NCBI GenBank assembly: GCA_951406725.2
Contig: OX597816.1
Coordinates: 102,486,001 to 102,550,000 of the forward strand
Origin: Octopus vulgaris
Taxonomy: Eukaryota
DNA: 64,000 nucleotides
Reading direction: 5' to 3'
The notes under the pieces were generated by a model. That model made no database searches. It was not told the origin of the DNA and saw only the letters and a program-made list of their open reading frames with translations. The number at the start of each line of letters is the position of its first letter. Positions within the stretch are counted from its first letter, which is position 1. This document shows, piece by piece, positions 52,165-64,000 of the stretch. The position numbers were made by a program, and so were the translations under genes.

Positions 52165-52459
52165 CGTTTAATGTGTGCAGTTTGAAGAGACACGAATCTA
52201 GATACGAATATGTGCCTAAAACACATATATTAACATGTCTGTGTATATTTGTAAGTTTGTGTAGACTTCTCCTCGGGTACCACATACATCAAATAGCATT
52301 CTAGGGTCTTGAATGGGTTTTCATTTCTGCTTTTCTGTCTTTGCTTGATGTTTTCTTCTCTCTGCTTTTCTGTCTTTTAATTAATTGTTTTCTATCTTAC
52401 ACGAAATGGTTCATAAATCAAAATATATACTAACACTAGTAATTATAATCGTAATAGTA

Positions 52460-52501
52460 TTTTGCCCGGTATGCTAACGATTCTGCCAGCTCGCCGCTTT
52501 A

Positions 52502-52566
<65 letters not shown>

Positions 52567-52571
52567 TGATG

Positions 52572-52650
<79 letters not shown>

Positions 52651-53104
52651 TAATAATAACGATAATAATAACGATGATGATAATAATAATGATAATGGTG
52701 ATAATAATAATAATGATAATAATAATGATGATGATAGTAATAATGATAATGATAATGATGTAATAATAATCATAATATGGCGAGCTGGCAGAATCGTCAG
52801 CACGCTGGGCGGAATTCCGCCAAGGTCGACTTCACTTTTTAACCTTCCGGAGTCGATAAATTAAGTCCCAGTATAACACTGGGGTCGATATAATTGACTA
52901 GTCCTCACCCATCAAATTTGAGGCCTTGTGCCTCCAGTAGAAAGGATTATTGTTATTATAATTATTAATCGTTAGCACACCGGTATTTCGTCTGGCTTTA
53001 TGTTCTAAGTTCAAATTCCGCCGAGCTCCTGTCGGGGTTGTTAAATTACGTACTAGCGAAGCACTGGGGTCGAGGTAATTGACTAGTCCCCTCCCCCAAA
53101 ATTA

Positions 53105-53136
<32 letters not shown>

Positions 53137-53235
53137 ATAATAATAATAATAATTCTTTCTATTATAGGTAGAAGACTTGAAGTTATGGAGGAGAGGGCTA
53201 GTCGATTATATCGATCCCAGTGCTTGACTGACACT
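52460..53235. mobile_element. Cluster of SINE family B fragments in both orientations around (TAA)n/(TAC)n tracts
   Basis: GGCGAGCTGGCAGAATCG heads at ~52495 (-) and ~52779 (+); AGGCCTTGTGCCTCCAGTAGAAAGGATT tail. Confidence 0.75.
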
Positions 53236-53571
53236 TATTTTTGTTTTGATTTCGCAAGAATGAGAGACAAGATCGTTTACAAATTAAGAAGGAATGGGTT
53301 AGAGATGTAATACAGTATATGGAAGGATGTATTAAGCATTGTAAAAGCACACAAACACACACACATACACGCACATACGCGCATGCACATACAGATGCAA
53401 GCATATGGACATATGTATACGCACACATTTTTGCACGGAAATAAATATAAAACGCAACCATAAAGCGCACAATAATCAAAATAAGATACATTGAAAAAAT
53501 ACAAGGCGTGAAAGATTTTCTGGCTATGTTGAGTTGTGTATTATACCAACCATTTCTTCAAATGTGTTGGA

Positions 53572-53913
53572 GTGCATCCGAACGGTAAACATTTCGAGAT
53601 ACTTGGAACTGGAAGACTCCAATATCTTGAGGACATATTCTTTAAAGTTCTATTTAATGTTTTAACTTTACTTTTGGTAGCAGTGTATCCGAACGGTAAA
53701 CAGTTTCGAGATACTTGGAACTGGAAGACTCCAATATCTTGAGGACATATTCTTTAAAGTTCTATTTAATGTTTTAACTTTACTTTTGGTAGCAGTGTAT
53801 CCGAACGGTAAACAGTTTCGAGATACTTGGAACTAGAAGACTCCAATATCTTGAGGACATATTTTTTAAAGTTCTATTTAATGTTTTAACTTTACTTTTG
53901 GTAGCAGTGTATC
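53572..53913. repeat. Recent tandem triplication of a 111-112 bp unit
   Basis: Units start at 53572, 53683 and 53795 (remnant at 53907) with only a few differences. Confidence 0.95.
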
Positions 53914-54299
53914 TTTTGCTTTTAGTTTAGAGAGTGAAATCATACTGGAAGTTGGGGCATCTACTCACACACTGATTATGTAAACCTATTTATCCACTCT
54001 TAGACTTAATTACTATCACGATCCATCGTCTTATTTTCCTCACCCTCGATTCCTTCCTAATCTTTCCTCATTTCAATTCTCTCTCTAACACCCATAACTT
54101 CGATATTTCTTTCTCATCAATATTGACTCTTCCATTTCCTCTAGTTTCTTTGCAATCACTTCCCATTTTTCACTTAAAACTTTTCTTACTTTACTAATAA
54201 GCCTTGTAAACAGTCATTGGACTGTGTTTCTGCCTGGGACTATTTGAACCAATTATATTCAGTGGACTGCGACTACATGTATATTTTATACACCGTAAT

Positions 54300-54515
54300 A
54301 TTGGTTTCAAATTTTCGCTCAAGGCCAGTGATTTTGGGGGAGAGGATAAATCAATTATATCGACCCCGGTGCTTTGCTGGTACTTATTTTATCGACCCCG
54401 AAAGATGAAAGACGAAGTCGGCCTCGGTAGAATTTGAACTCAGAAAGTAAACTGACGAAATGTCGCTAAGCATTTTGTCCAGCGTTCTAACGATTCTGCC
54501 GGCTCACCGCCTTAT
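54300..54515 (-). mobile_element. SINE family B
   Basis: TCGACCCCGAAAGATGAAAG..GAATTTGAACTCAGAA..CTAACGATTCTGCC..CCGCCTT; flanked by a likely TSD CACCGTAATATTG (~54291 and ~54519). Confidence 0.8.
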
Positions 54516-55478
54516 CTGCACCGTAATATTGCCTCCGTGATTTCTCCTACCCTTCCTTGTTTTTACTGTACACTCTCCAACCAAACCTCCTTATATATTT
54601 CCCTAACTAGAACTCATGAACCGAATCAAAATAATAACATCATAAGGGTTAATATTACATTTATACCAACAATCATTTTTTTTATTACTTCATGGGTCAT
54701 CACACTTTATAATTTTCTAATCGCTTAATTCTCTCACTCTCTTTTCACAAGTGTTGAAAAATCGATCTAATCGATGGTATTTCCCCTTCATACATCATGT
54801 GATATTTAGTACTACGATATTGAGAACAGATCACGTTATTGTTCTAAATAATATGATAGGTGTAGTCAACGATTATAAATACATGCAGGCCTCGTTTGCT
54901 CTCAAAGCAATGTATGCTATTTATTTAATCGTTCATGTTAATTTAGTCCTTCAATACATTCCTCTAATACTAATATATATCGCCAAACACTATCCTACTA
55001 AATGACAAAATTTACTTTACCCTACTAACAAGAAGTGCCGTATTATTTGTTTAAAGAGTTCACAGCAACCCCATATCTTATGGTTCCACGGTATCGATGT
55101 TTCACTACAGAAAAGCTATTACTCCAGGTAGAACCTAATGAACGAAATACCGGATTAATTCTTCTTAGCTCCACCACATCAATCCGCTTCGAGGAAAGAT
55201 ATGCATAGATTGAGCTCTCTTAGTTTGTTAATATATTTTCCCACCACTTCCAGCCTCAACTACATCGATAATGTGGACCTCTCCTAAAGTGTATATGTAT
55301 AGGAGTATGCTACACTGGATCTCTCAGTGTTGACTCTAATGACGAAATACCGGCTTAACACAACTCTCATCACTTGAAAACACTTTGAGGATTAACATAT
55401 CAAGACTGAACACCGGAAGTTTACGTATGTTTCCACCGCTTCCGGTCTCACTCTATATTGATATTATGGACTCGTATA

Positions 55479-55569
<91 letters not shown>

Positions 55570-55819
55570 GCATGTAAGTATGTATGTATAATATGGTATT
55601 ATGTATGTATACATGTATGTATGTATGTATGGATGTATGTATGTATGCATGCATGTATAATAAGAGAGAAGGGGAGAGAGCAGTGTATGGTGTATTGGGT
55701 ATGACTACATAAAAAATACATTTGTAGTGTAACAACTCTATTGCAGGTATTGGAAACTTCAGGAACCCTCAATGATTTACTGTGAAACAATGCCTATAAA
55801 TATATAGATATTCTTGTGT

Positions 55820-55900
<81 letters not shown>

Positions 55901-56197
55901 CGTGTGAGTGTGAGCTTTAGATTAGTTCAAATAGAAGAGAGGAAATTCTAGACAGACTCAATGAAGTTCGTTTATGCCTAAACCCTCCTTGGCGTTGTTA
56001 CTGCTGAAATACATACATATCTACATAAATACATATATACATACATATACATGAACGTATATGCAACATTTCATACATACGTGCGTACGTACATACATAC
56101 ATACATACATGCATGCATACATACATACATGCATGCATGCATACATACATACATACATACATACATACATACATACATACATACATACATACATACA

Positions 56198-56228
<31 letters not shown>

Positions 56229-57984
56229 GTATTCATATATAATATTTGATAAATTTCATAAATATATCTAACATAAATCTGCAACCAGCATATATGCTGA
56301 CAGTGTCAAATAACAGTTGATGAAAACAAAATATATCAGTGTATACCAGCAATGAGATTTTAGAGGGAAAATATTTTGAAATTGGAAGAAGTATGAGACG
56401 AGAAAAATTGCTCACGTTGTATGAGGCACAAAAGATCGTGAGATAAGAGATAAGATATAGATTATCAGCGAACGGCAAGAAAAGTAAACATATTAGAAGA
56501 AGCAAGAATACATGTATGCAAGAATTTGCACGTGTTAGTATGTATTTGTGTGTGCAATTATATATGAATGTGTGTTTAACTTTCTGCTAAAAAAAATAAT
56601 GAACTATGCAGAGTTACTCAACTGTTCCTTTACCATTAACATAAGACGACTGACAAACAAAGTAAATGGAGTTTTGGGGAGCTTCTTCATGCAAATCTCA
56701 TCTGTCCCTCATCTCTCCCTTCAAGCTTTCCACCACAGTCTTCAGCCACCTTCCCATTGCATTCATTTAACCTCCGACCCCAGTTCTATCGTTGACTTCC
56801 ACGGCTCTAAGATTCCAAGGTATCCGGACCACCACAGCCTTGTTTTCCATTTTGTTAACCGCCCGACTACTCCGAGAACTAGCTATATTTGGACAATAGA
56901 ACAAAATTACTATTATGCATCTTTATTCTTGTAATTCCTTAATTTCAAATTCAAATTTCTAATCCCACCACATGTAGTGAAGGGAAGATTATCTCCTTTC
57001 TATTGACTGCCATTACTAGAAGTAACCACGTGTACCCACGTATTCCCACGAAAGATATTACTGTATCATCACATATCACAAAATTCATTGCATACGGGCA
57101 TGCGTATTAAACAACTCCCTGACATCTCAGATATGTGTATTAGTTCACTGTTATAAACATATGCATAACTATACCTACTACTTATGTACAACGGTGTTTT
57201 CAGTAATCCAGTATTTTATTTTTAGTGATGGCTCTTCCCAATAATCATAATGATAACTAGGAAAGCACTCGGAGTGCGCAGACCTCCGCCAAACCAGCAG
57301 GGGCAGCAATACGACGACGATGACGACGACGACGACGACGACCACCACCACCACCACCACCACCAACATCATCGGCACCAACATCATCGGCACCAACATC
57401 ATCGGCAGCATTGTCATTGCTTCCACTTCAACCATATACACCGCCATCAACATTATCATGACGATTACCTTGACAGTCACTTTCACCACCACAACCAGTA
57501 TAACCACTACAATACCACCATTACACAACTAACACTATCATCAACACCACTATTACCACCATCACCTCAGCATCACACATCGCACCACTCCTGTCGCCAT
57601 TATAACCACTGATACTATTTCATCCTCCTCTCGTACTTATCTCGACCATCGTCATCATCGACACTGTCTCTGCTTTCACCACAATCACCGTCAAATCTAC
57701 GATCACCACAATCAGTTTCTTTACACTGTTGAAAATCCATTATCTTATACTCATGGGACCGAGACTGTTGCAGATTTTTGATTTTTCCTAATTTCGGAGT
57801 GCTTTATTAAAAACGGAACAGTTTGAGGATAGAAACCAGGTCTAAACACAATAGCTTATAGACATACCCTGAATGTGGTTCTATATAAATATTTAATAAT
57901 TTTTTTTATACTCAAGACCATCAGAAATGTTAAGATATCAGCCTCTACCCACGTTGTTATGCTTTGATTAAAACGTTATAGCAT

Positions 57985-58430
57985 AGATTTGATTACTTAG
58001 ATAAGTTTCCGCCGAAGTTGAATGAGGCCATGTCTAATTTAATAACATCACCTGGAAGAAATACATAGTCAGCTCTGTGGAACCGTAGCCCATTTAAGCA
58101 GAGGGTTATTGTTTTCAGAGACATATCAAGGTGTGGGTGATTTATCTGATATTTGTTGTGGGTAATCATCTACGGATCGTTTGAATGCCGTGAAGTCACT
58201 TTCCTCCTTTATGTGTGTCTGGCACGATGGTGAAGAGAGCAGGGCCAATTAAGGTGAAATAGTTCTGTCATAGTTTTGTGATACGATACGAACATTTCTG
58301 TAATGGACGAATGGCACGGGGACCAAGCCTCGGACGAATTTTAAAGATGGGCAATGTTGATGGAATATTTTCCACATCATACAGATTATATAGAGCTCAC
58401 AGCGGCGGTGGAGGGAGCAAAGCCTGAGTT
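57985..58430 (-). mobile_element. Old CR1-group LINE 3' fragment, distant relative of the main LINE
   Basis: SLHRRCELYII, FTLIGPALFTIVP, AFKRSVDDY...DKSPTP*YVSENNNPL parallel LYSLERRRERY/GPQLFNILP/FKMKLD/PDEP..SNSL; UTR retains CATGGCC...GAAACT. Confidence 0.7.
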
Positions 58431-58639
58431 TTTTGAGTCGATCTCAGTAGACAAGGCTTGTCATGTCATCCTCCGCAGACCTCCGCCAAGCAGCTCATTT
58501 TAAGAAAGATACGCGAGTAAAATTACTAATAGAGAAACGAAAATGAACTTTGGAAACAGCAACGCCACCATAGGTTACGTGCAAACGATGAACGTGTTTT
58601 CAAGGGAGATAATCAAAGAACGTAGCTATATTAATAGGA

Positions 58640-58762
58640 TGAACCAAACTAACAACATCAACATCAAACGAGGCATCTTTCAAGGTGACTCCCTCTCTCC
58701 ATTACTCTTTTGCATGGCACTGATCCCACTCTCAAACGAACTAAATAACACCAGGTATGGGT
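58640..58762 (+). mobile_element. R4/Dong-like RT fragment
   Basis: INIKRGIFQGDSLSPLLFCMALIPLSNELN. Confidence 0.8.
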
Positions 58763-58924
58763 TATTATTATTATAATAATAATTATTATTATGGGTTCTT
58801 CTTCTTCTTCTTCTTCTTCTTCTTCTTCTTCTTCTTCTTCTTCTTCTTCTTCTTCTTCTTCTTCTTCTTCTTCTTCTTCTTCTTCTTCTTCTTCTTCTTC
58901 TTCATGTTATTATTATTATTATTA

Positions 58925-59475
58925 TTATTATTGCTTTTGCACAGCTTCTAACGCTGGAGATGTACTACGGTGTCAGCTGTTCACTACCAGTAAACGTCTC
59001 TTAGTTTTCGAGCACCTTCCGGAGTATTCGAGCGGATCAAAGCAGTGCTGTTTTCTGCGAGTACTCCACCCTTATTGCAGCCCCTATTTGTTCCATGTAC
59101 TTCTCGAGATTTCTTCTCACTTCTCCCAGGGTTCCAACAATTATTGGTACTACAACTGCTTAACTTTCCAAGCTAACCTGTCATATCTTCCGACTTTTCT
59201 TTTTTCCTTATCGCATACCTTGTTGTCAGCTGGGCATGCTATATCTATGATCCAGCATAGTTTGTTTTCTTTCTCAATTAAGACTATGTCCGGCTTCACA
59301 TACTATGTCTCATGGTCGCACTGAATCATAAAATCCCATAGGATCTTCGCATTTCTATTTTCGATGATGCCTTCAGGTTTGTGGTCGTACTAATTTTATG
59401 CTCTGTCAAGTCCATACTTGTTGCAGAGTGTCCAATGGACAAGCCTGGCTATATTGTCGTGGCGTCTCTTATATT
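58925..59475 (-). mobile_element. R4/Dong-like 3' end with (TAA)n tail
   Basis: RRHDNIARLVHW, KPDIVLIEKENKLCWIIDIACPAD, QKTALL*SARILRKVL; UTR then TAA repeats. Confidence 0.85.
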
Positions 59476-59477
59476 CC

Positions 59478-59930
59478 TTTAAATCTAATATTTTCCTATC
59501 CTTCCATAATACCGGATCCCATATGCTATTCATATCTGCACTCGGTCTCCTTAGGGGGTTGTTGTGTCCTGGCATATGTCCTGCTTCTTTTAGTTTTCAT
59601 ATTTTCCAGTGGTGTTCTTTGTCTGTTATTTTAACTTCATCCCACAGAGGGAGGTGGTCTCCATTTTTCCATAGATGATCAGCTATACCGTATTTTATCA
59701 ATATCTCCTCGTGTCACAGCTTTGCGATGTTCGTCTACCCTTATTTTGAGGGGGCGGCATGTTTCGCCTTTGTATAACCTACCACAGCTGCATGGGATGG
59801 AGTACACGCAGTTTTTGGTCATATTCTCTTCTACTGGTGGTTTTACTAGAAGGAGATATTTGCGAAGTCTTGTATTACTCTTGAATACCGTACTGATGTT
59901 AGATGGCCCGCATATCCTTTGTATCTTAAT
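59478..59930 (-). mobile_element. Penelope-like GIY-YIG endonuclease fragment
   Basis: KNCVYSIPCSCGRLYKGETCRPLKIRVDEHRKA; GIADHLW...KLKEAGHM. Confidence 0.85.
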
Positions 59931-59963
59931 TATAAGCCCAAAAATTCACAACGTAATTTCCCA

Positions 59964-60202
59964 CCGGCATATGGCGTAGTGGTTAAGAGCGCGGGCTACT
60001 AACCCCAAGATTCCGAGTTCGATTCCAGGCAGTGACATGAATGATAATAATAATAATAACATTGAAAAATACCCTAGGAATGAGAACCAAAGTTCGAAAT
60101 TTCCCTAAGACACCTGATGAAGGCTGGAGGGTATATCAGCCGAACTGTGTTTACAACAAACACGATGAGGACAAATATCCGTCAAATGTAAATAATGTAA
60201 AT
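59964..60202 (+). mobile_element. tRNA-headed element carrying a damaged hammerhead ribozyme
   Basis: A box TGGCGTAGTGG (59972-82), B box GAGTTCGATTCC (60015-26); GACAC-CTGATGA-A-GGCTG..CAGCC-GAAC-T-GTGTT (60109-60151). Confidence 0.7.
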
Positions 60203-60699
60203 ACAGTCACCGATTTCCTTTGGGAATTTAGTTTTTAGTGGGTGTATGTGTCTTGTGCTCTTTGAATGATTTGTATGTGTGTAGGTATGGAGATTGTGGG
60301 TGTTATAGAAACTGTTTGCGTTATGATGGTATATTTTTATGTAATTCGTGAAATCTGCGTTTTCTGTGTTTATTACCATGTAGTTAGTAATGCTACTTTC
60401 TTTACTTTGTGCTTGCTTTTGTTGTTATCATTGTTGATTGTTGTGTATGTGGGATGGGTTGTGTTGGTGGCTGTGGTGGGGAAGTGTTTATTTCGTAAGC
60501 TTTTTGTTTTTGCCGCTTTTACTTTTCTTCTTCACTTTTTATATGGATGATGGTTGTTTTTTGTCTGTTGTTGATTTTTTTTTCCGTTTTGCCTTTTCTT
60601 TCCTTCTTTTAGTTTTTGTTTTCCTGTCCTCGTCCTTTTTTTGCTGTTTTGTTGATGTTGCAGTTCGTGTTGTTGCTTTTTTGGGCTTTGATATCTATT

Positions 60700-61240
60700 G
60701 TTGGTGGCTTCCTTGGTGTTGAGAGAAGAGAGGGTGTATTCTTTTTCTCTTTTAATTCATGTGTGGTCGAAAGACAGATGACACTCTTGGTCTTCCTTCC
60801 TTCCTTCCTTCCTAAAGGGTATGATGGTGCCGTCTGGGAGATGCATTTAGTCTGGGATGGTAGTCACATTTTTTTGAGTGGTCTGGATGAGAGTTCTATC
60901 CCTATTCCCGATCAGCTCTCTCTCTCTCTTTTTATTATTTTTTTTTTGGTGCAATAGACTTCAAGGATTTTTGTGTTTTCCTCGATGTCTACCACAACCG
61001 CAGCAATTAGCCAAGAAATAGCTATTTCTGGCGGTACTTGCTGACCTGGATTTTGGCTAATATCTTGACGCAGTAGGAAGGAACCAACAAGAGATCCTCA
61101 CTTTTCAGGGGTTTTAGAGAGTGAGTTTTTGCTTCTTTCTCTGTTTCAAATCTTATCGCCACCGTTCCGTAACCCCTTCCTCTTTGTATGTATTCTTTTA
61201 GGTTCCAAAAGGCATTTTGGATTTGAGAAACCGAATTCTG
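60700..61240 (-). mobile_element. Probable Tx1/L1-type ORF1 relic
   Basis: YIQRGRGYGTVAIRFETEKEAK..LLVPSY..VPPEIAISWL (RRM-like), then an EGRP..CHL knuckle-like remnant; frameshifted. Confidence 0.45.
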
Positions 61241-61289
61241 GGTTTTCGAAAAATATGCAATGATAGAGATGAAGTGGAGAAAACTTAAA

Positions 61290-62480
61290 GCATAGAAAAA
61301 CAGAAATTTTTGTTAATACTAGAAAGTAACAAAATCAAAAGTATAGAAATAAAGAAAATCCTCAGTAATAAAAAAAATATTTACGTAGAATGAAGAAAAT
61401 TCTAAAATCCAAATTTAATGCATGGAATATCATACAAGCACTCAGCCCGAGGTATCTCTATTAAGTTGTGAAACAGGTGTTATTAAATGGAGAAAGGATG
61501 TGACGAAGGACATCAACAGGAAAATGTGGAAGCTGCTCACAATGCATAGAAACATACATCCCTAATCTAATGCGGACCGGTTACATCGGGAAAGAGTAAA
61601 AGGAGGGTTAGAAATAAGGTGTAGTAGACCTAGAGAAGACAAGTGTCTATAAGTAAAAGGAGAAATACTGCTTAAGATTGGATTAGCGTATTACTATTTG
61701 AAGGATGTGCAGAAACCAAAGAGAAAATCAGGAAATATGGTAAAGAGGCAAAATTCAATGGAAAGAAGCTTCACGCAACGTTTTTCAAAAAACACATAAA
61801 AGGTAAAGGATGAGAATGACAGCTGGTCATGGCTAACGAAAAGTTACTGAAGAACGAGACGGAGAGAATGATCGTGGCAGCTCAAGAACAGGCCTCTACG
61901 GATAAAACGGATCCAGAGGACGATAGATAAACAAAACTGCTCACCCAAATACTTTGCATCAGAGCGTCCGCAATTAACTCTGAATACGAAAAGGGTCGGC
62001 ATGATAAGGTTGCTACAATAATACAGTGGAATTTTTGCTGGTAATTTGATTTTGTATTCACAGAAAAATTGTAATAATTTTATGGAAATAGAAATGTAAG
62101 TCCTCGAAAACTATGAAGAGAGGTCGCTGTGGGGCTTTCCGATACAAACCAAAAGAAGAATAGAGCACAACATGCCGGATATTAACAACAATAAGAAACT
62201 AAGTATTGTAATCGACGTGGCAAGCCTGTTAACACCTGAGTAAAAAAAAATGGAAATAGAAAAAAGTAGAGTATTATACCGATTTGAAGTATGAAATACT
62301 CAAGTACTGGAACAAACAAGTTAACAAGGTCATGAGCTTCACAGTTATCTTTGGGGCCGTGGGAACAGTGACAAAATGTCTGAGAACTAACCTTGAAAGT
62401 CTTGATCTTCACCTGGGAATAATGCCTTGCAAAAACGTCTACTTGATACAGCAAGAAAAATGCCGTCAATACAATGTAGA
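61290..62480 (+). mobile_element. Decayed R4/Dong-like element (post-RT region and RLE)
   Basis: YLRRMKKILKSKFNAWNII, LLTMHRNIHP..DRL..GG, LKNETERMIVAAQEQA, RHDKVA, IEHNMPDI, VIFGAVGTV. Confidence 0.8.
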
Positions 62481-62622
62481 GCAGTAACACAATGAAGTAC
62501 AGAAAAATCTCTTTGCAAAATTTAGTCAATATTCTTCCTTTCAGACTACTTATTGTAGTTCAATAGTAAACATGATTAACTTAAAATTCCATGAAGCAAC
62601 ATAGTTCATTAATAATAATAAC

Positions 62623-62682
<60 letters not shown>

Positions 62683-62685
<3 letters not shown>

Positions 62686-63180
62686 GCATTGGCTCGCATG
62701 GCTTCTGATTTTAACTGACTGGCAGTGTTATCTTGTACATGTTTTGCTTTGGCATAAAAGATGGGCTACAACAAATATTCTGCTCAATAACACAAATTTG
62801 CTTGTCAGTGGTTTTATCTTAACCAGTTGAGCATGTCCTTTGGTGACTGACGATATGTGCATCTCTGATCACCAGCAGTAGTGGGGAGCATCATAGCTAT
62901 GTGCTGAGAAGAATTCTTTGGAGTTCAACATTTCGTTCAATATTCTTAAACAGCCCTTATTCAAGGACCATTTGAGCAGGATGGCATACTCGACCTGAAG
63001 AAAATTCTAACTGGGCCCCACCTGCAAGGACATGCGCTGTTTATCTTGATATGAGATCACCATGTTGCGCACATATGGTTGTGATGCATATGCTTGGTGT
63101 CCCCTTACCAGACGGGTATACTGGACTTTGTATATTTGATCCCAGTGTCATTTTGATGGCATGCACTGCTCGTTCACTCA
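62683..63180 (+). repeat. Unclassified ~500-bp insertion bounded by (TAA)n on both sides
   Basis: GC-richer non-coding block between TAA arrays; no recognisable ORF. Confidence 0.4.
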
Positions 63181-63700
63181 ATAATAATAATAATAATAAT
63201 GATGATAATGGTTTCTTTATTAGACATCATGGCTCAAACAAAATTGAAGACAGTACAAGTTAATATCGCCAGCATATGCGGACACGGCTCTTCTAAAGGA
63301 ATGCTCCTCAGAGCCACCAGTTTCCGTTGCAATTGATTTAAAGTTAGTAAATAGTGAGGGGATGAGTACATGAATCGTACTGATTTCAATAAGTGGCCAT
63401 TTAATTTGACTTCCGAGCAAATGTCTTTGAACATTTGAATGAAAAGAACGAAACTGATCGCCGTGAGGACAGTTGGCATTCAACAAAAGCTTACTGGAAA
63501 GCTTTCGTCCGATCCAAACTGATGAGGACCCCGCTGAAACCAGGTTGTTATCCTCCCTGCCTGCGATATATCGCATGAAATGGAGGGTGTGTAGATGGAT
63601 CTGTTCGAGATCATGCAAATTTAGGTTTTCTCGCTTTAAAATCTGCACTCAGTAAAAGTATGGGCTAGAAATGTATAATTACCTACTTCATACATTCGAT
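63180..63700 (-). mobile_element. Internally deleted Tx1-like element (partial RT joined to 3' tail)
   Basis: LLSADFK, LHFMRYI, GVLISLDRTKAF, VKLNGHL, VSAYAGD (63265-63276), then within ~50 nt CTAATAAAGAAAC and (ATT)n. Confidence 0.7.
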
Positions 63701-64000
63701 CAGTCTCTCTTCATTAGCTGTATTAATTTGCAGTTCACAGACATGAAAGTTCCCCATTCTGCCTAATACAATGAACATGTACCAAGAAGTTGGCGAACAA
63801 ATTTGGCATACATACTTAAAGTTCATAGGGCAGACTATCCAAACCAAGTGATTTGTTCCCTGCACTACAGTTGCTGTGTATCGGCCTTTCTTAGTATTCG
63901 CATAATCTGCCAAAAATTGCAGCTGGCCAGCGAAGTAGGCATGAAAGTTCATTATGGTCTCCATTTCACTGTTCATATCAAACAGTTGAGTAAAATGTTG

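Noticed and set aside
55000-55460. Possible additional LINE RT relic
   Set aside because: Only faint motif echoes; too decayed to call by eye.
57178-57612. His/Asp/Thr-rich ORFs as a metal-binding or mucin-like exon
   Set aside because: Degenerate (GAC)n/(CAC)n trinucleotide repeats open in several frames; no splice or domain support.
57277-58489. 16-bp direct repeat CGCAGACCTCCGCCAA as the TSD of a 3' transduction
   Set aside because: The word matches the head of the Helentron-like family seen at ~25775, so these are independent fragments.
59964-60035. Functional tRNA gene (apparent ACT anticodon)
   Set aside because: The acceptor and T stems pair poorly and there is no oligo-T terminator; treated as a tRNA-derived head.
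63515-63550. CTGATGA...GAAAC..GTT hammerhead-like string
   Set aside because: No credible stem II, and it is the antisense of the RT motif GVLISLD, so likely coincidental.

Overview
Non-coding, AT-rich, microsatellite-saturated animal DNA. The repeat families and (TA)n/(TACA)n/(TCTA)n/(TAA)n density suggest a cephalopod, probably Octopus; this is an inference, not a database result. I found no host protein-coding exon, rRNA, true tRNA or CRISPR array, and almost all listed ORFs are microsatellite artefacts. The dominant feature is a young, near-intact ~4.9 kb CR1-group LINE (~9545-14455, +). It has an 11-monomer tandem array upstream of ORF1, an unusual ORF1 (trihelix/Myb-SANT-like domain plus CCCH zinc finger) and an APE-RT ORF2 broken by a 2-nt slippage and probably a late stop. 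Its 3' stem-loop is shared, with compensatory changes, by the window's CORE-like tRNA-SINE family. Around it lie relics of R4/Dong, RTE, Tx1, Penelope-like, mariner, hAT, Sola-like and Helentron-like elements and three SINE families. There are also several hammerhead-ribozyme motifs, including one canonical full-core copy and one placed behind a tRNA-like Pol III head. All translations, alignments and folds were done by eye; family names come from recalled motifs.
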